Positions 1-12,851 of a stretch of 64,000 nucleotides of DNA are shown one piece after another. The position numbers were made by a program, and so were the translations under genes. Below the pieces are notes generated by a model that was not told the DNA's origin, ran no database searches, and was given only the letters and a program-made list of their open reading frames with translations. Source of the DNA: Auanema rhodensis (Eukaryota > Animalia > Nematoda); contig OZ059894.1 in assembly GCA_964057225.1 (NCBI GenBank), positions 10,478,001-10,542,000 of the forward strand, written 5' to 3'. How positions within the stretch are numbered: the first letter of the stretch is position 1; the number at the start of each line of letters is the position of its first letter.

Positions 1-1616
1 GTTTATAGCTGGAATAGCAACTACGGTATGTCTTTACCGTTCTTTTCTGGGAATTCATATTAGCCTTTTCCAGAGTTACTCTCTAACTGCTTCTGTACTT
101 TGTATGGAATCTGTATCAACTAAATTCCGTTCTATACTTCCTTTGTGTGGAAATATTGCTTGGGTGCTTGGGTAAATAGCACGTGTAATCCTTCCTCAAC
201 TATAACTTTCTCTGTTTTCAGTTATATTCTTGCTGGAGTTATTGGGATGTTAGATGTTAATTGGAGATGGATGTACTTCATCGCATCAATTCCAGCCATT
301 TTTGTTATTCCAATGGCTTTGTATATCAAAATTATCAAAGAATATAGTGAAATCATATATTTAGGAAATGTCCCGAATCCTTAAACTGGCTTATCACGAA
401 AAACAAAACAAAAGCCGTAAGACGGTATTTCCTAATATGAAAAGATCTCAACCTTCAATTACTATTTTCAGATATATTCATACATCAACACGTATCAATG
501 GATGTGGAATAGCTTTGGATGAATGTAAATCAGCTAATGCAATTGTATCAGAATACGTAAGTTTAGCGACTTCTTAGGTCAAAAAAAAACTTTTTTTTTA
601 AAGAAAAGTCGAACTTTCATGGATATTATTGCTAATACATCTCTGTTTATAACACTTATTTTCAATTGTTATATATTGTAAGAATTATTATTATATTTCT
701 CAATTTCAAATCAATATTCTTCTCAGAATTGTTATGAATGGTACATATTGGGCATTATCACTGTATTCTGTGGATTTAAGTGAGAACAAGCGTCTTGGAT
801 TCTTCCTATCAGCCATTGTTGAGATTCCAGCTACTCTTGTTTCTTCCTATTTCATGGTATAATATCAATATTTTACTAATATTTTCATAATTACTTTCAT
901 TTTGTTTTAGGTCTATTTCAAACGGAAAACTGTTGCTGTTGGAGCTTTACTGCTTACAGCAATATGTATGTTCGTTATGGTTTATATTCCAGGTAATATA
1001 AGTTTGTTATTTCAATTATTCTTATATCCATATGTATCTTCAGTACCACCTCAATTTTTCATTATCTTGCCTTTACTTGCTAAGAGTTTAAATACTGTGA
1101 TATGGTCTGTACACCCACTTCTGGCCGGTGAAGCAGCTCCTACATCTGTCCGAAATGTCTATACTGGATTTGCTGCATTTATAGGAGATATTGGAGGAGT
1201 TGCAGCCCCGTATTTGAAACGTTTGGTTTGTTTATTATTTTCAACTTAAAACTGATAATGAACCTGTTAAGGAATCTCTAAATAAAAATGCCCCTACACT
1301 CCTTATTGCGATAATGTCTGTGTTTGCTGGCTTATTTGTATTCATACTTCCCGAAACTAAGGATAAGCCATTACCTGAAGATATCGGTAATAATGTTTGA
1401 TAGTTTTTGAGCATGTATAAGCTTGTTTTCAGATGATTTCGATGAGGGAGTTGTAATTCATAAACTCATGAAGATACTGGGAAGGGAAACCAACGAAAAA
1501 AACGAAAAAAACGCTTTAAATGATGTAAGAGATTCATAATTGCATGCAACTTGGGTTTTCTATTATAGCAACTGGCACCCATGATTGTGATAAACACAGA
1601 TACTGCACAGGCCTAG
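1..1616 (+). CDS. MFS/SLC22 organic cation transporter-like protein, 3' part (5' end outside window), multi-exon
   Basis: Spliced exons give hydrophobic TM segments and SLC22 motifs: WRWMY, PESLNWL, E-x-x-PT-x-x-R (GEAAPTSVRN), LPETKDKPLPE; stop TAG 1614-1616. Confidence 0.85.
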
Positions 1617-1953
1617 AGCTTACTACAAGAATCTCCATACCCTTTGTAATTCCAAAACTTTAAAGACTTAGTCTTAATTCTATTTTATTGTCAAAATATG
1701 AAATTTCTAATTTATAAAACTTGGAATTTCTTATGAAATTATAAGATAAATATGAATTTAAACTAAAATTAAATGACAAGGATAGAAGAAGAACATTAAT
1801 GTACAACCGGTTACTTGAAGTTTGAAATAAAAAATAAAAATAATCAAACTATCACATTTCAGTTTCGTGCACTAATCGGTTGCTCCAATGATAAAGTAGT
1901 TCTGAATATTTCACGCACATATTTTAGAAATTGATTAACAAGAAAATTCTCAG

Positions 1954-3166
1954 TTATTCCGTAATCTTGAACGATACTTCTTTTGTAGACCAGAGAGCAT
2001 TTTCAATATCTTTGGGTTTATCAGCCTGCAAATCATATTTTCTGATTCGTTTATTGGTTCACAAACTAACTATGCGTTTCTCGAAGTAATGAACATGATC
2101 ATCTTTATCCACTATTATAATACTATGGGAACGAGTACCATATCTAGAATCGATTAAATACTTTACTCATCAAATATAATTTCATATACCTAAAACCAGT
2201 TGTTTCTGGGTAACGGACAAATATAGAACTAAGAGGTAGACAGAAATCTTCACTACGTTCAGTTTGAGTAGAATATTGTGCATCGGGGAAATTACTGAAT
2301 TAAAAATTGAACTTCATCTATAAACCTGAATAGATACCTTGCTCTGTCGGTTGCTATATCAAGAAGTCCATCAATAATATCCTGAACGCTGGTTTCGTCG
2401 GTAACAGTTTCAATGAACTTTTCAAATCTATAAATTGGAGAATGAAAAGAGTTATAATCGCATAATCAACCTCATCTTTCCATATATAGCTTTCTTATAA
2501 GGTTTCTTCATTATACTATTACCAATGACGTGAGTTCCTATATATCAATTGAAATATCAATTTTATCTTTTACAAATTGCGAAAACCTCGAGGCCAAGAC
2601 ACAGTTTCACACTCATCTTCATTGAATTGATTGGAAAAGGAGAACAGATTGTAGAGATTTTGCTCATCCCTAAGATTTATTTGAACGTTTTCCTTTTTCC
2701 TCTCATTCAAACCTTTCCAAAGCAACAAAATGATAACCATTGTATTGTGAGCATGTTTTAGCCAATTCATCACAATACACTTTGGCAGATGCGTTAGATT
2801 TAACGAATGTTGAAGGAATATTTCCTGTTAATTTCATTTTATATTCCTATAATAACAACTGTAGAACCTCTACTTGGAGCATCTGCAAGCTTAGTGGCAA
2901 CTGGCTGGGTAATGGAGAGCAGATTTCCTATTTTTCCATGCTTATTAATGCATAGCCATGTACCTTTAGCAGGATCTTGTTCATCAATTCCTTAAGTAAT
3001 ATACAATGATAAGAAAATAAATCGATTAGAACGTACCACCCAATACACCATCTCTCCAATCAAGTTCCCCAGTTGCTCGATCAATTAGCTCGTCCCTATT
3101 GTTCAAAATGATTAAACGGTATTTTCCATTTGGATCATTGGCATTGAAAATGAATGTTATACACAT
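1954..3166 (-). CDS. TANGO2: TANGO2 / NRDE family protein (hrg-9/hrg-10-like)
   Basis: N-terminal MCITF...LIILNNRDE, GTWLCINKHGKIG, YGTR; stop at 1954. Confidence 0.92.
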
Positions 3167-3497
3167 CGTCGTGCAAGCTAAACAAAAGAAATGTGATATT
3201 TCAAGAGAAAAATGTAATATTCTATTGTACTTATCGTCCCAGTTATATGGACTGATAGACAGAAAACGTTTCGAACTTTCTATTTCACGTGCCCTTTTCC
3301 AAAAAAACGTGACTTTAAACTTGGAGAAGAATTCGAAGCAAACTTTGCAAACCAATGAATAACACAAGGTATGGTATGAGCCATATTATCACAAAGTAAG
3401 ACAACAAGGAAAATAAATTCAAAAACATTTATTAGTTTCTTCATATTTACATTTAGAAATTAGTAATATAAATATACAAGTTATATATTAGAAACAT

Positions 3498-4398
3498 CTA
3501 TGACATTGTTATTTTATGAACATTTCGTAAATGCCCGCGCAAAGTATCCTTATCTTTAAAGCGAGCGGAGCATGCTTCACATATATGACTGAAAATCTAT
3601 TTTAATACATAGCTGAATAGCATGAGGCTTACTTCCGAATACTGAAATGTGCTCTTTGCATATGACGATCTAGATTAAATTTTCGATTGGTGGAGAAATT
3701 ACAAAGCTGACATGCGAAAGCTCCAGTTTTAGAAGTATCAATGAATTTAGTTTGGTGATCCGTTTGAATGCCATGCCTGAAATCGATAATTTAATTAAAA
3801 TATCCGTATATAGCATTTCCACCTATACAAAGCTTTTCTATTGGTACCTATATATGAACATGAAAAGCACTTATATTTTGATGTTGTAGTTAATAAATTA
3901 ATTGTATCCGACAACCCGTGTACATCAAATTCCTACAAACATTAGCCTTCTGAATCATACAGTCATGAGAAGATCGAGATACCTGCTCTATTTCTTGTTC
4001 CTTAGGCTTACTCGTAGTAGGAGTATTAAAACAATCAGAAAAATCACAATTTCCCATTAAATTCAAATTAACACTATCAGGAAAACTAAGTGAAGTCCAA
4101 TCATTTGAGAACCTTTCCTTAAATGTTGAGCGTATTTTACATCAGAGCGAGCTTTTTAGGAACATGCCATTAGAATACGTTCTGCTTCACCAGCCACCGA
4201 TTTCGTAGCCTCGTCTTGTACTCTACGGCGATAGTGTTCCTCATTAAGCTCTTGAAGCAAAGTTGTAAAATCGCCTAAAAACGAGATCGCATAAAGTTCA
4301 TTTGAAACTATTATACTCAATGCTTGTTCCTGTTCCTCTACGGAAAATTGTAAAAACAATCTATGGATACTGTCGAGGTTTGTCTTGAAATCATTCAT
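3498..4398 (-). CDS. Protein with three C-terminal C2H2 zinc fingers
   Basis: Spliced translation CFSC..ALYRHGIQTDH, CQLC..NLDRHMQRAH, CEAC..LRGHLRNVH; first intron appears to be GC-AG (4167-4118). Confidence 0.8.
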
Positions 4399-4588
4399 CA
4401 AACTAAAAAATAAACATTGTTTTCTTAGAATTCATTCATTAGATATAAGATGGACCATAGCCAAATTTTTAATTATAAATAAAGAAATTCACGAACACAT
4501 CGTTAAGTGAAAAATATACAACTATAATGTTATGCATACAAGGAATAAATTATTGGAATTTTTGGATTAGAAATAATATTGAAGGTAT

Positions 4589-5850
4589 TTATCGCAAGTC
4601 ATCTTCATCATCTTCTCCATCATTTGCTTCGCCAGTTGGAGCTTTCAGTTTCTTTTGCAGACGTAAATACTATACAACAACATATTATGAATTCGTATAT
4701 AAATTAAAGGTCTAACCTCATTATCCATGCTCTTGAGAGATCCGCAGTTCAACACATTTTGAAACTGCTCATCATCACCATTTTCATAAGAGTATATGAG
4801 TTGTTGGCATGCTCGAGCATCATCAGTAAACTCAAATTCCGGGCACACACTGAAAACGACTCATGAAAGGAGGATCAAATGGAATCTTGATCACCTCAAA
4901 ACCCAGCCATAATGCTTCGTAGCAGCTACAGAATCTTCGAGAGCAAGCTGAGTAAGAATCAAGCCAATCGCGAGTTGACCAACTCTAGGACTCTCCTAAA
5001 GTTTAACAAGGTTGACAAACATTTCCGCATTAAGATGCTGACCTTCACTTCAACATATTTCTCAATTTCTTCGCGAATGGCTTTGGCAGCTTCACTGTAC
5101 CGTTCAAGTTTTAAATTGATTTTCGTAATCTGATTCAAAAATTCTCCAGCCATCTTGGATCTATCAGACTGTTGAACCAAGGCTAAACCTTTTTCAAACA
5201 GCTAAATAGCAAAAACACAACGGTTTGATACAAGTGTTGGATTTAAGTACCTGAATAGCCTTAAGAGGCTCACCCTGTACAATAACTTTTGCGGCTTTTT
5301 CCACAGTCATGGCTGCAGTGTCAAGACTTCCAGCTGTAGCATAACTATAGAATACACTTTAACTACTTGAACCCAACAAACTAGGGTACTAACCCATCAA
5401 TAGCCTGTTCAAAATAAGTGTAGGCGCTAGCACTATCACCTGAATCACGAGACAACATGGCAGCTCCTTCACGAGCCCTGAATGAAGGTTTTAGCTAAAC
5501 AATAGCCAATTAGAGCTAACTTAGCAGCATGGAAAATATTTCCGTTTTGCTCATACTGTTTAGCCGCTTCCAACAGAACACGCACTGCACTTTTAGTATC
5601 ATTCGCGTTTCTAAAACACCGCAACGATGTTTCATAGCATTTTTCATTTTTAAAAACCTATAGCAGACCGAAGCTCTTTCCAACGCGGTCGCTGCACCGT
5701 CGAAGTCCGGCTTGAACTTAAGCTTAATCATTGAAGTTTTCAGACTGTAACACCACTCTATATAAGGCATAGTTATAAGAACAAACGGAACCATTCAGCT
5801 GCGCGCTTTTCGCACTCCTGTGCCTCTGCGAGCCTTGCTGCGGATGCCAT
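4589..5850 (-). CDS. NAPG: gamma-SNAP (NSF attachment protein gamma)
   Basis: AAECLKTSMIKLKFKPDFDGAA..., DTAAMTVEKAAK, LKSMDNEYLR, acidic C-terminus EDDEDDLR. Confidence 0.92.
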
Positions 5851-6480
5851 TTAGCTGAAATAGCTACATATTAGGCGAAAACAGCCTCATGAACATAAAA
5901 GACTTGAGAAAGATAGAGCAACCAGATTCAGAAATGACTAACTGATTATTCAATGAAAACAACAAGGAGCTGGAAATTTATTCCATGCACCATGAAAGAT
6001 GTGAGACTTGAAGACGAGAACCTTGATATAGAAGACATCGTACAAGAAATAAAAGTCGACTGAAACACGAGTTGGGAATCCAGAGAGTGTGATGTAATTT
6101 GGTAGTAAAACCGCAAGAAATCGTGATCTGAGAGCTTACCATATTTAGTGAACATGAATTGAATATGAGACAAGGTTTATCAAAGAAATAAGACGACAAA
6201 GGGCGCATATTTACTAAGATACATGATTTATAGACAGTGCTTGCAAAGGAACACATAAAAAATACAACATCAGAAAGTCTGATTTTGTTTTCAGATAGGA
6301 ATGAGATAACTCAGTACTCCGCATGGATTATTACAAATATTAAATTAATATGAAATTAAAAGTAAAGGTCGGGAAGCGTGTGTGATGAAGAGATGTGATA
6401 CAGGCCTTATGGCCTTAAACCGCTTCTGCAATTAAGCGCCTCATTGATAACTCGTACACTTTAAAAAGAACGTACGGATA

Positions 6481-8060
6481 TTATCCTCTTCGCCAGAAAG
6501 ACTGAAACAAAGATTAGAAATAGGAGAGGAATATTAGAAGAGTTTTCGGTCAAAGAGGACTCAAAAAGAGATAGGAGGGAGAAGAAATCGATAATAATAT
6601 TAGACCATATAAGGCTGTGGTATTCTAACTAACGAAAACTTACGGGATCAGCTTGGTACCCCTGGTCACCGAAGCCGGCTACACCGTGGTTAGCAGGCAA
6701 TTGAGCGGGCTGCTCCTGTCCAGAACGCATCTGTGCCATAGCTGCAACGCCTAATCCGAGGCCGAGGCCCATAATGTTATACTTAGCAAGCACCTCAAAC
6801 CAAATCCATAATATCGCAACTACTAAGCAAATTCTTACCTGCATAGCTTGCATAACTTCGGCAACGCTTGCTTCGTTAAAGCCGGATGTTCTCAGAGTGT
6901 TTTGTAGGTTATCCAGGAACGCCAAAAGCTATATATTGCAACACATAGAACTTGTATAAAGCTTCTGGGAATTACCTCGTTATTTCCAAGCCCATTCATT
7001 GGATTATACTGGAATTTTCCTCCAGTGTTATTCTGTCCGCCATATCCATAGTTATTGTATGGAGCGTTTCCACCACCGTTTCCTCCATAGTTTCCACCAG
7101 AGCCATTATTGTAGCCAGAGTTAGATGTGAACGAAGAGTTCTAAACCGGATACTAAGGAACATAACTCATAAGAAGTAACGTACAGCTCCCTTTCCGCCG
7201 AAGTCTTCCTTATTGATTTCACTGCTGTGATGTGGATCAGCTGCAACCTTCTCCAAAACCTTTGATGCGGCAAGAATCAACTGTTGATGTTCTTCGTGGG
7301 CTAATGTGACAACACGTTCAAGAGAATTCTTAGCTTCTGGTGATCCAGCCTTGGGGAAGACCTGATAGAAATAATTACAACGACGAATGAAATGGAATAT
7401 CCAACTTGAATCTGACATCCATAAGCTTCACGAATATCCTTGATGTTAGCTCCTGCTTTACCAATAACCATACCGGCGGAAGTATTGGGCATAACAATCT
7501 TGATCTGAAAGTAATTTAAAATAAGAATGATATAACATCCTTATAACCAATTACCTCAGAACCGCGGTTAGCTCCCTTGTGATCAAAAGCATCAGTTCCA
7601 GTTACTCCGTCACATTTCTCTCTGATTTTCTCCATAATAGCTTCCACAACAGCAACAACATTTTGAAGTTTTCCCTTTACTAGGCATACTCTTTCACTGG
7701 TACCTGGAAAGTATAGAATTAAATTTAAACCTTTCAAATATAAGATATACCTGGATAGGTATCAGAACTTTTGCTCATTTGAACACGACAATTGTTATCG
7801 GTCTTCAAAGCTCTCATAGCTTCACCACCTTTTCCAATAATAGCTCCAACGGCAGCAGAAGGGATAAGAATTTTCACAGACAATTGATCTGAAGAAAATC
7901 AAATAAATTGAATTTCTTTAAATTATTTACTACTTTCTTCGCCATCAAGATGGGCTTTCTTGCTAACTGGTCCATCAGAGCTGTCTTGGGCTCTCTTGGT
8001 TCCGGCCTGCATAAGAGTGCCGTTATCTTCATTGCTGGCAGTTTCTTCCTTAGTAGACAT
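6481..8060 (-). CDS. nova-1: NOVA/pasilla-family KH-domain splicing regulator (two KH domains found; last exon uncertain)
   Basis: KH1 KILIPSAAVGAIIGKGGE...YPGTSERVCLV; KH2 MPNTSAGMVIGKAGANIK...SLERVVT; linker LRTSGFNE...VLAKYNIMGLGLG. Confidence 0.88.
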
Positions 8061-8540
8061 GTTAACTATAATATTAAAAATAATTAATATTTCTATTTAA
8101 TATAAATATAAAATAATAAGAAATGTTACAAATATATAAAATGAAAGAAAAGAACGCTGCCAAAAAATGGAGGTCACTCAGAGGAACACAGCTAACGCTG
8201 CACACGACGCACTGGCTGGATCAATGCCAAGTATTGACCGCGGCCCCTGGCTCCCCCCTACATACATTCAAAAGGATTACTGTATACATCCTTGAAAATC
8301 TTAGAGAACCGCGCGAATTAGTATTTTGAATGTGACAAGAGAGCACCTTTGGCATAATCCTAGATTATATAACATAACCTCGGGACTCAACTCACATTTT
8401 TCGTAAATAAAAAAATGTGAACTCCTATTACCTTGATACGTCATCGGCGCGTCCCGCGTGGAAAAGTAGACTTTCAAACTAACACATTATTTGGATTAAA
8501 AAAGTAGTTTATTTAAAGACAAGGAAATTTTAAAGTTTTA

Positions 8541-9653
8541 TCACATGTTTGCGAACATCCATTTGTATTGTTTACTGAATTGACTGCTAATCTTTTCGAT
8601 TTCTTCACTGGACCGCAATGCTGTCTGTTCTGATCGACACTTATAGACTGGAAGTGATAAGTCATTGTGATTATCTCTGCTGCGTCTGCTCATAGAGAAA
8701 TCCATATTTTGAAGAGATTCGGCTATCTAAAACAATTTATAGCGCAAACATTTGATTAAAATGCTACTTGTTCTGGTGTAAATTCAGATCTGGCTTCATC
8801 TATTTTTTCCATTTTCTGTGTTGAAATTTCTTTTGACGCTCCATGAGTGAATTGTAATTGATCTTGTAAGAGAACAAAAGATTTTGTGAGATATCCCAAT
8901 TTAAAGTTTGGCCCAGCCTGAATTCCAGCCTGAGAATTAAAAATAAAGTACAAACTATTGCCTAACCTTAATGTTTGGACATTTGCCAAAAGCAAGCCAA
9001 TAGTCCGGGAGATCAACAGTAGAACATAGCATAGAAAGATAGGTGATGTACAGCTTTATAGCCCAAGGTTCATTGATCTTAATTTACTTAATTTATTGAA
9101 TTATTTTGTAACTTGCTATTACATTTCTAAGTACTTTTATTGCTGTATCCCAATATTGCATCTGATCACTATAATTTTGAATAAGGTTTTCATACAAGTT
9201 TAGGAATTTCTTGACGTCACAATCTATTGAAGAATCCTAAAATTGTGAAAAATTTGCTCAAAGCTTCAAAAATGTTTGTGACTTTAGCAAAACATCTTAG
9301 AATGGAATCATATATTGCGATCATGTGGAGCCTGTTATGCTTTCGCGAATCCAAATCATTTAAGTAACACTAAGACGAAATAAAATTATGTAAATAAATT
9401 TTCAACTTTTAAACTTCATAAGCCTCGCTATAATGCTTATTGGAATACAAAAAGGTTGCCTTATGATTGTCATCATCACTTAAATAAAATAAAATTTTTT
9501 TTTTTGATTGCAGTCGTACTCATATTTTGTGTCGAAAAACCATTTTTCTTGCTGAATAAACGGTTCATAATCCTCGGCTTTTATGAACTTCAACTCTTCT
9601 TCATCTTCTTCAACATCATCAATGACGAAATCAAAAAAAGCATCTTCTAACAT
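8541..9653 (-). CDS. C8orf76-like TPR-like protein
   Basis: MLEDAFFDF..YEPFIQQEKWFFD..KATFLYSNKHYSEAY..DSILRC..PDYWLAFG resembles my recollection of the C8orf76 pattern; six-exon model stays in frame. Confidence 0.6.
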
Positions 9654-9811
9654 TTCCTAAAACTTGGAGTTCTCATGATTATATGTGCATCTATGGAAAA
9701 TACAACGGTGAATTTAATCACTTGCCCTATACTTTTTATAACGATTTATAAAATTGTTTTCTAAACGGCTAACAAACAAATATAATCTAAAACAAAACAA
9801 ATAAAATAGTT

Positions 9812-10142
9812 TCATTCTATTTTTCTTTTGCTTTTTCTTTGCTGTATTGCTGGGGCTGTGCTTTCACCATACAATTCTTGAATGCAGTCAACTAGAAAAC
9901 GGAAAAAGTATAAAAGTATGAGAAACTGGGCAAGCAAACCTGGTCTTGACACTGTCTCCAGTCTCCTTTATCACCCATGCACTCCACTACTCCCATATGA
10001 TTATCCCAACATCCGGACTTTCTGTTAAATTATTTTATGCAATTTGTGATAATTCATGAGATTCAAACCTAATTAAAGATTCAACTCTATCTTCCTCTTC
10101 AGCGTTTTTGGCCCAGTGGGAATTCGTGTCTTTATCAGCCAT
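9812..10142 (-). CDS. COA4: COA4/CHCHD8 twin CX9C mitochondrial intermembrane-space protein
   Basis: EEEDRVESLIRKSGCWDNHMGVVECM...DWRQCQDQLTAFKNCM. Confidence 0.9.
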
Positions 10143-10325
10143 CTTTCTAAGTTTATTACAACATGTCAATATAAATTTTTTTTGACAATAACTCTGGGTC
10201 AACCAAGATATTTAAGATAACATCGCAACATATATATATATATATTTATGTATATAAAAATGTGATAAATTACATATAATACATGCAAATATTTACAAAA
10301 AAAAAGGAATGACTTTCGCAGCTTT

Positions 10326-12444
10326 TTATGGTTTTCCTTTAAGTTGATCAAATCTTTTGGCCAATTCATCGAAATCCAGGTTTCCACTAGCACCAAGACC
10401 ACCGCCGATTCCACCACCGCTGTTTCCATTACCAGTATTATTGAAATTAGTTGGTGGATCAGGCAAACGCAAGTCTGAAAAAAAACTTATACAAAATGCA
10501 CAAATAATGCTACTATACCAGCTTCAAAGCTGTCTTTCTTCGGAACTTGTGGAGGAGCAGTTGGCCCTCCAGCTTTGTCATTGTTCATCACGACAGAATT
10601 CTAAAAAGTTGAAAGTTAGAAGAAGATAAGAAAAACAGAATTTTTTCTTTTTATATTAATAGTTAGGACCTTATTATTGATTTTCGCGCTATTGCTACGC
10701 TTACAAGAGCTACACTTGCGAACTCTACGCTTTGATTCAGCGCTAGATAATGTTTTACTTCTACTCATCAAGAGCATGGCTGAAAAAAAGGATGACATAA
10801 ACTGGTATTAAGCAGCTTGGAATAAAATAAGAAAGACGGAAACATTAAAAATTGAAAACATTCCAATCCAAGTTGCCAAAAGTGGGGAGGAACGAACTAA
10901 GGGGAGGCGCTTGCAACATATTCAAGAAAAAGACGAATAGATTTTAAATCTTATTTTAGATGATTATAGGAGACATTGCCTAGTCTGCTGACTGAACTAA
11001 TTTCTTTATCGAGTTAGAAAGCATGAAGACTTTTTCAAAAAGAATTGCAAAACATTCTTAAAAAAACTGATTTGCAGTGTTAACAAGCTAACACATACTC
11101 TTTGACTTAAGGCTGGATATGCAGCATCGTTAGGGTAAACAGGAACCCCGTTTGGTCCAATTTTGGGAAGTTGAAATTGTACGCCAGGAGTACTAAAAAG
11201 AGGGTATGAGAAATTGATGAAGCTCTTAAAGTTACTTTATTGCTGCAGGAGCAGCATATTCACTTGGAACGTCACTGTAATCATTATTCTGTGGTGGAAC
11301 ATTCGGAACTTCGTAAATATTTCCTTAAGATTGTTAAAATGAAAAGGAAATTATAGTGGAAAAACAAACCTCCTCCAATACCTCCATTACCTCCGCTATT
11401 TCCACCAAAGCCATTGTTATAATCAGGTGGGGGTGGTGGAGGTATGCCACCGCCGGGATTTCCTCCCCCATTTGGTCCAGGTCCTCTGGGTGGGAAGTCA
11501 TTTGGCATATTCCAACCGTAGGGTTGCTTAAGTTATAATAATTACAAATGTTTAAAGTCAATTGAAAATACCTGAGGCTGGAAGGCTTCAACGGCTGGTT
11601 GAACTTCACCAGCATTCTTGAAATCAATCAAAAGCTTCTCAGCTTGAGCAATTTCATCTTCTCTCATAACATCTGGATCAGGAGTAAATGGAATACCCGC
11701 GCTATCAGCAATCAGAATAAGATATCTTAAGAATATAACAATTATACCGCTTCAACGAAAAATGAACCTTTCTACTAAGAGCTTCGGTGGAGCAGCTACA
11801 CTTAATTTTTGAATAAGTTTAGGATTGACCTAAAATTAATATACTATGGATTAACTCAGAACAATATTAAAATACTTTAGCTGGGTAATCCAACTGATTT
11901 CCTCGGGCTGCTTCAGCAAAGGGTTTACCGTATTTCACAGTCAATTGATCATTGATTGTCTTAAAAGCTGATTCAGCATTGACATCTTAAACTTTCAAAC
12001 CTTGAACTCAGCTATATCACAGGCTACGCGTGGAGCGGCCCATAAAATACTTATAATGGCTTCAGCAATTCCATCATCCAAATTCCTTCAAAAATAGAAT
12101 TGAAAGAAAAATATCAATTTTGAAGATTACTTCATTTGTTCTATCAATCCAAATCTGGCAAGTAAAAGATCACAGTACATTTCCAAAATTTCGAATGCTT
12201 CTACAAGAAAATCTTCTCTTATGATATGTTCAACTCTGATTCTAGCTCGATCCTCCTTGTGGACTTAAAAAACAAGCATAACATCATTTCAATAATGTGG
12301 CTTACTAGCAATGAAATCGGCAATTTCTGTTCGTGCTTTCATGGCCATCTCTGTCTTTTTCTTACCCATCATTTTTAGTCTATTGACGGCAAGCCTAAGA
12401 TTTGTTTTCAGCTTAGGATATTGAGCTCCCCATGAGATGGACAT
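10326..12444 (-). CDS. IST1: IST1 ESCRT-III-associated factor
   Basis: KLKTNLRLAVNRLK...DRARIRVEHIIREDFLVEAFEILEMYCDLLLARFGL; C-terminal MIM DFDELAKRFDQLK. Confidence 0.96.
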
Positions 12445-12851
12445 TTTCTGAGAATTAAAGTATTAAAAACCAAATATTTCATTCAATCAACATAAATGAT
12501 AAAAAAGGGTAAAATTCAAGCATTATTTCAAAGAAAAAATGTTAAAATCGATAGCTACGCTAAGGAAAAAATACATAACTACGTTTCTTCAATTCTAATG
12601 TTCTAGTAGATAAAGATGATTCAGCTGAGGACTGTATTCCTATCATAATTATTAAAGGTCTAAGGTCATTAACATCAGAGCGCGGCATACAATAGCGCGT
12701 CGATTGAATTTGCATATGCTTGGCCTGTCGCTTAAATGAGTTATTACATATAGACATTAATTTGCATTTTTTTTAATATTAAGTATTGTTTTGTTAATTT
12801 ATATGAATTTTATAATTCAATTCAATATTTCAAATTACAGAATTATTTAAA

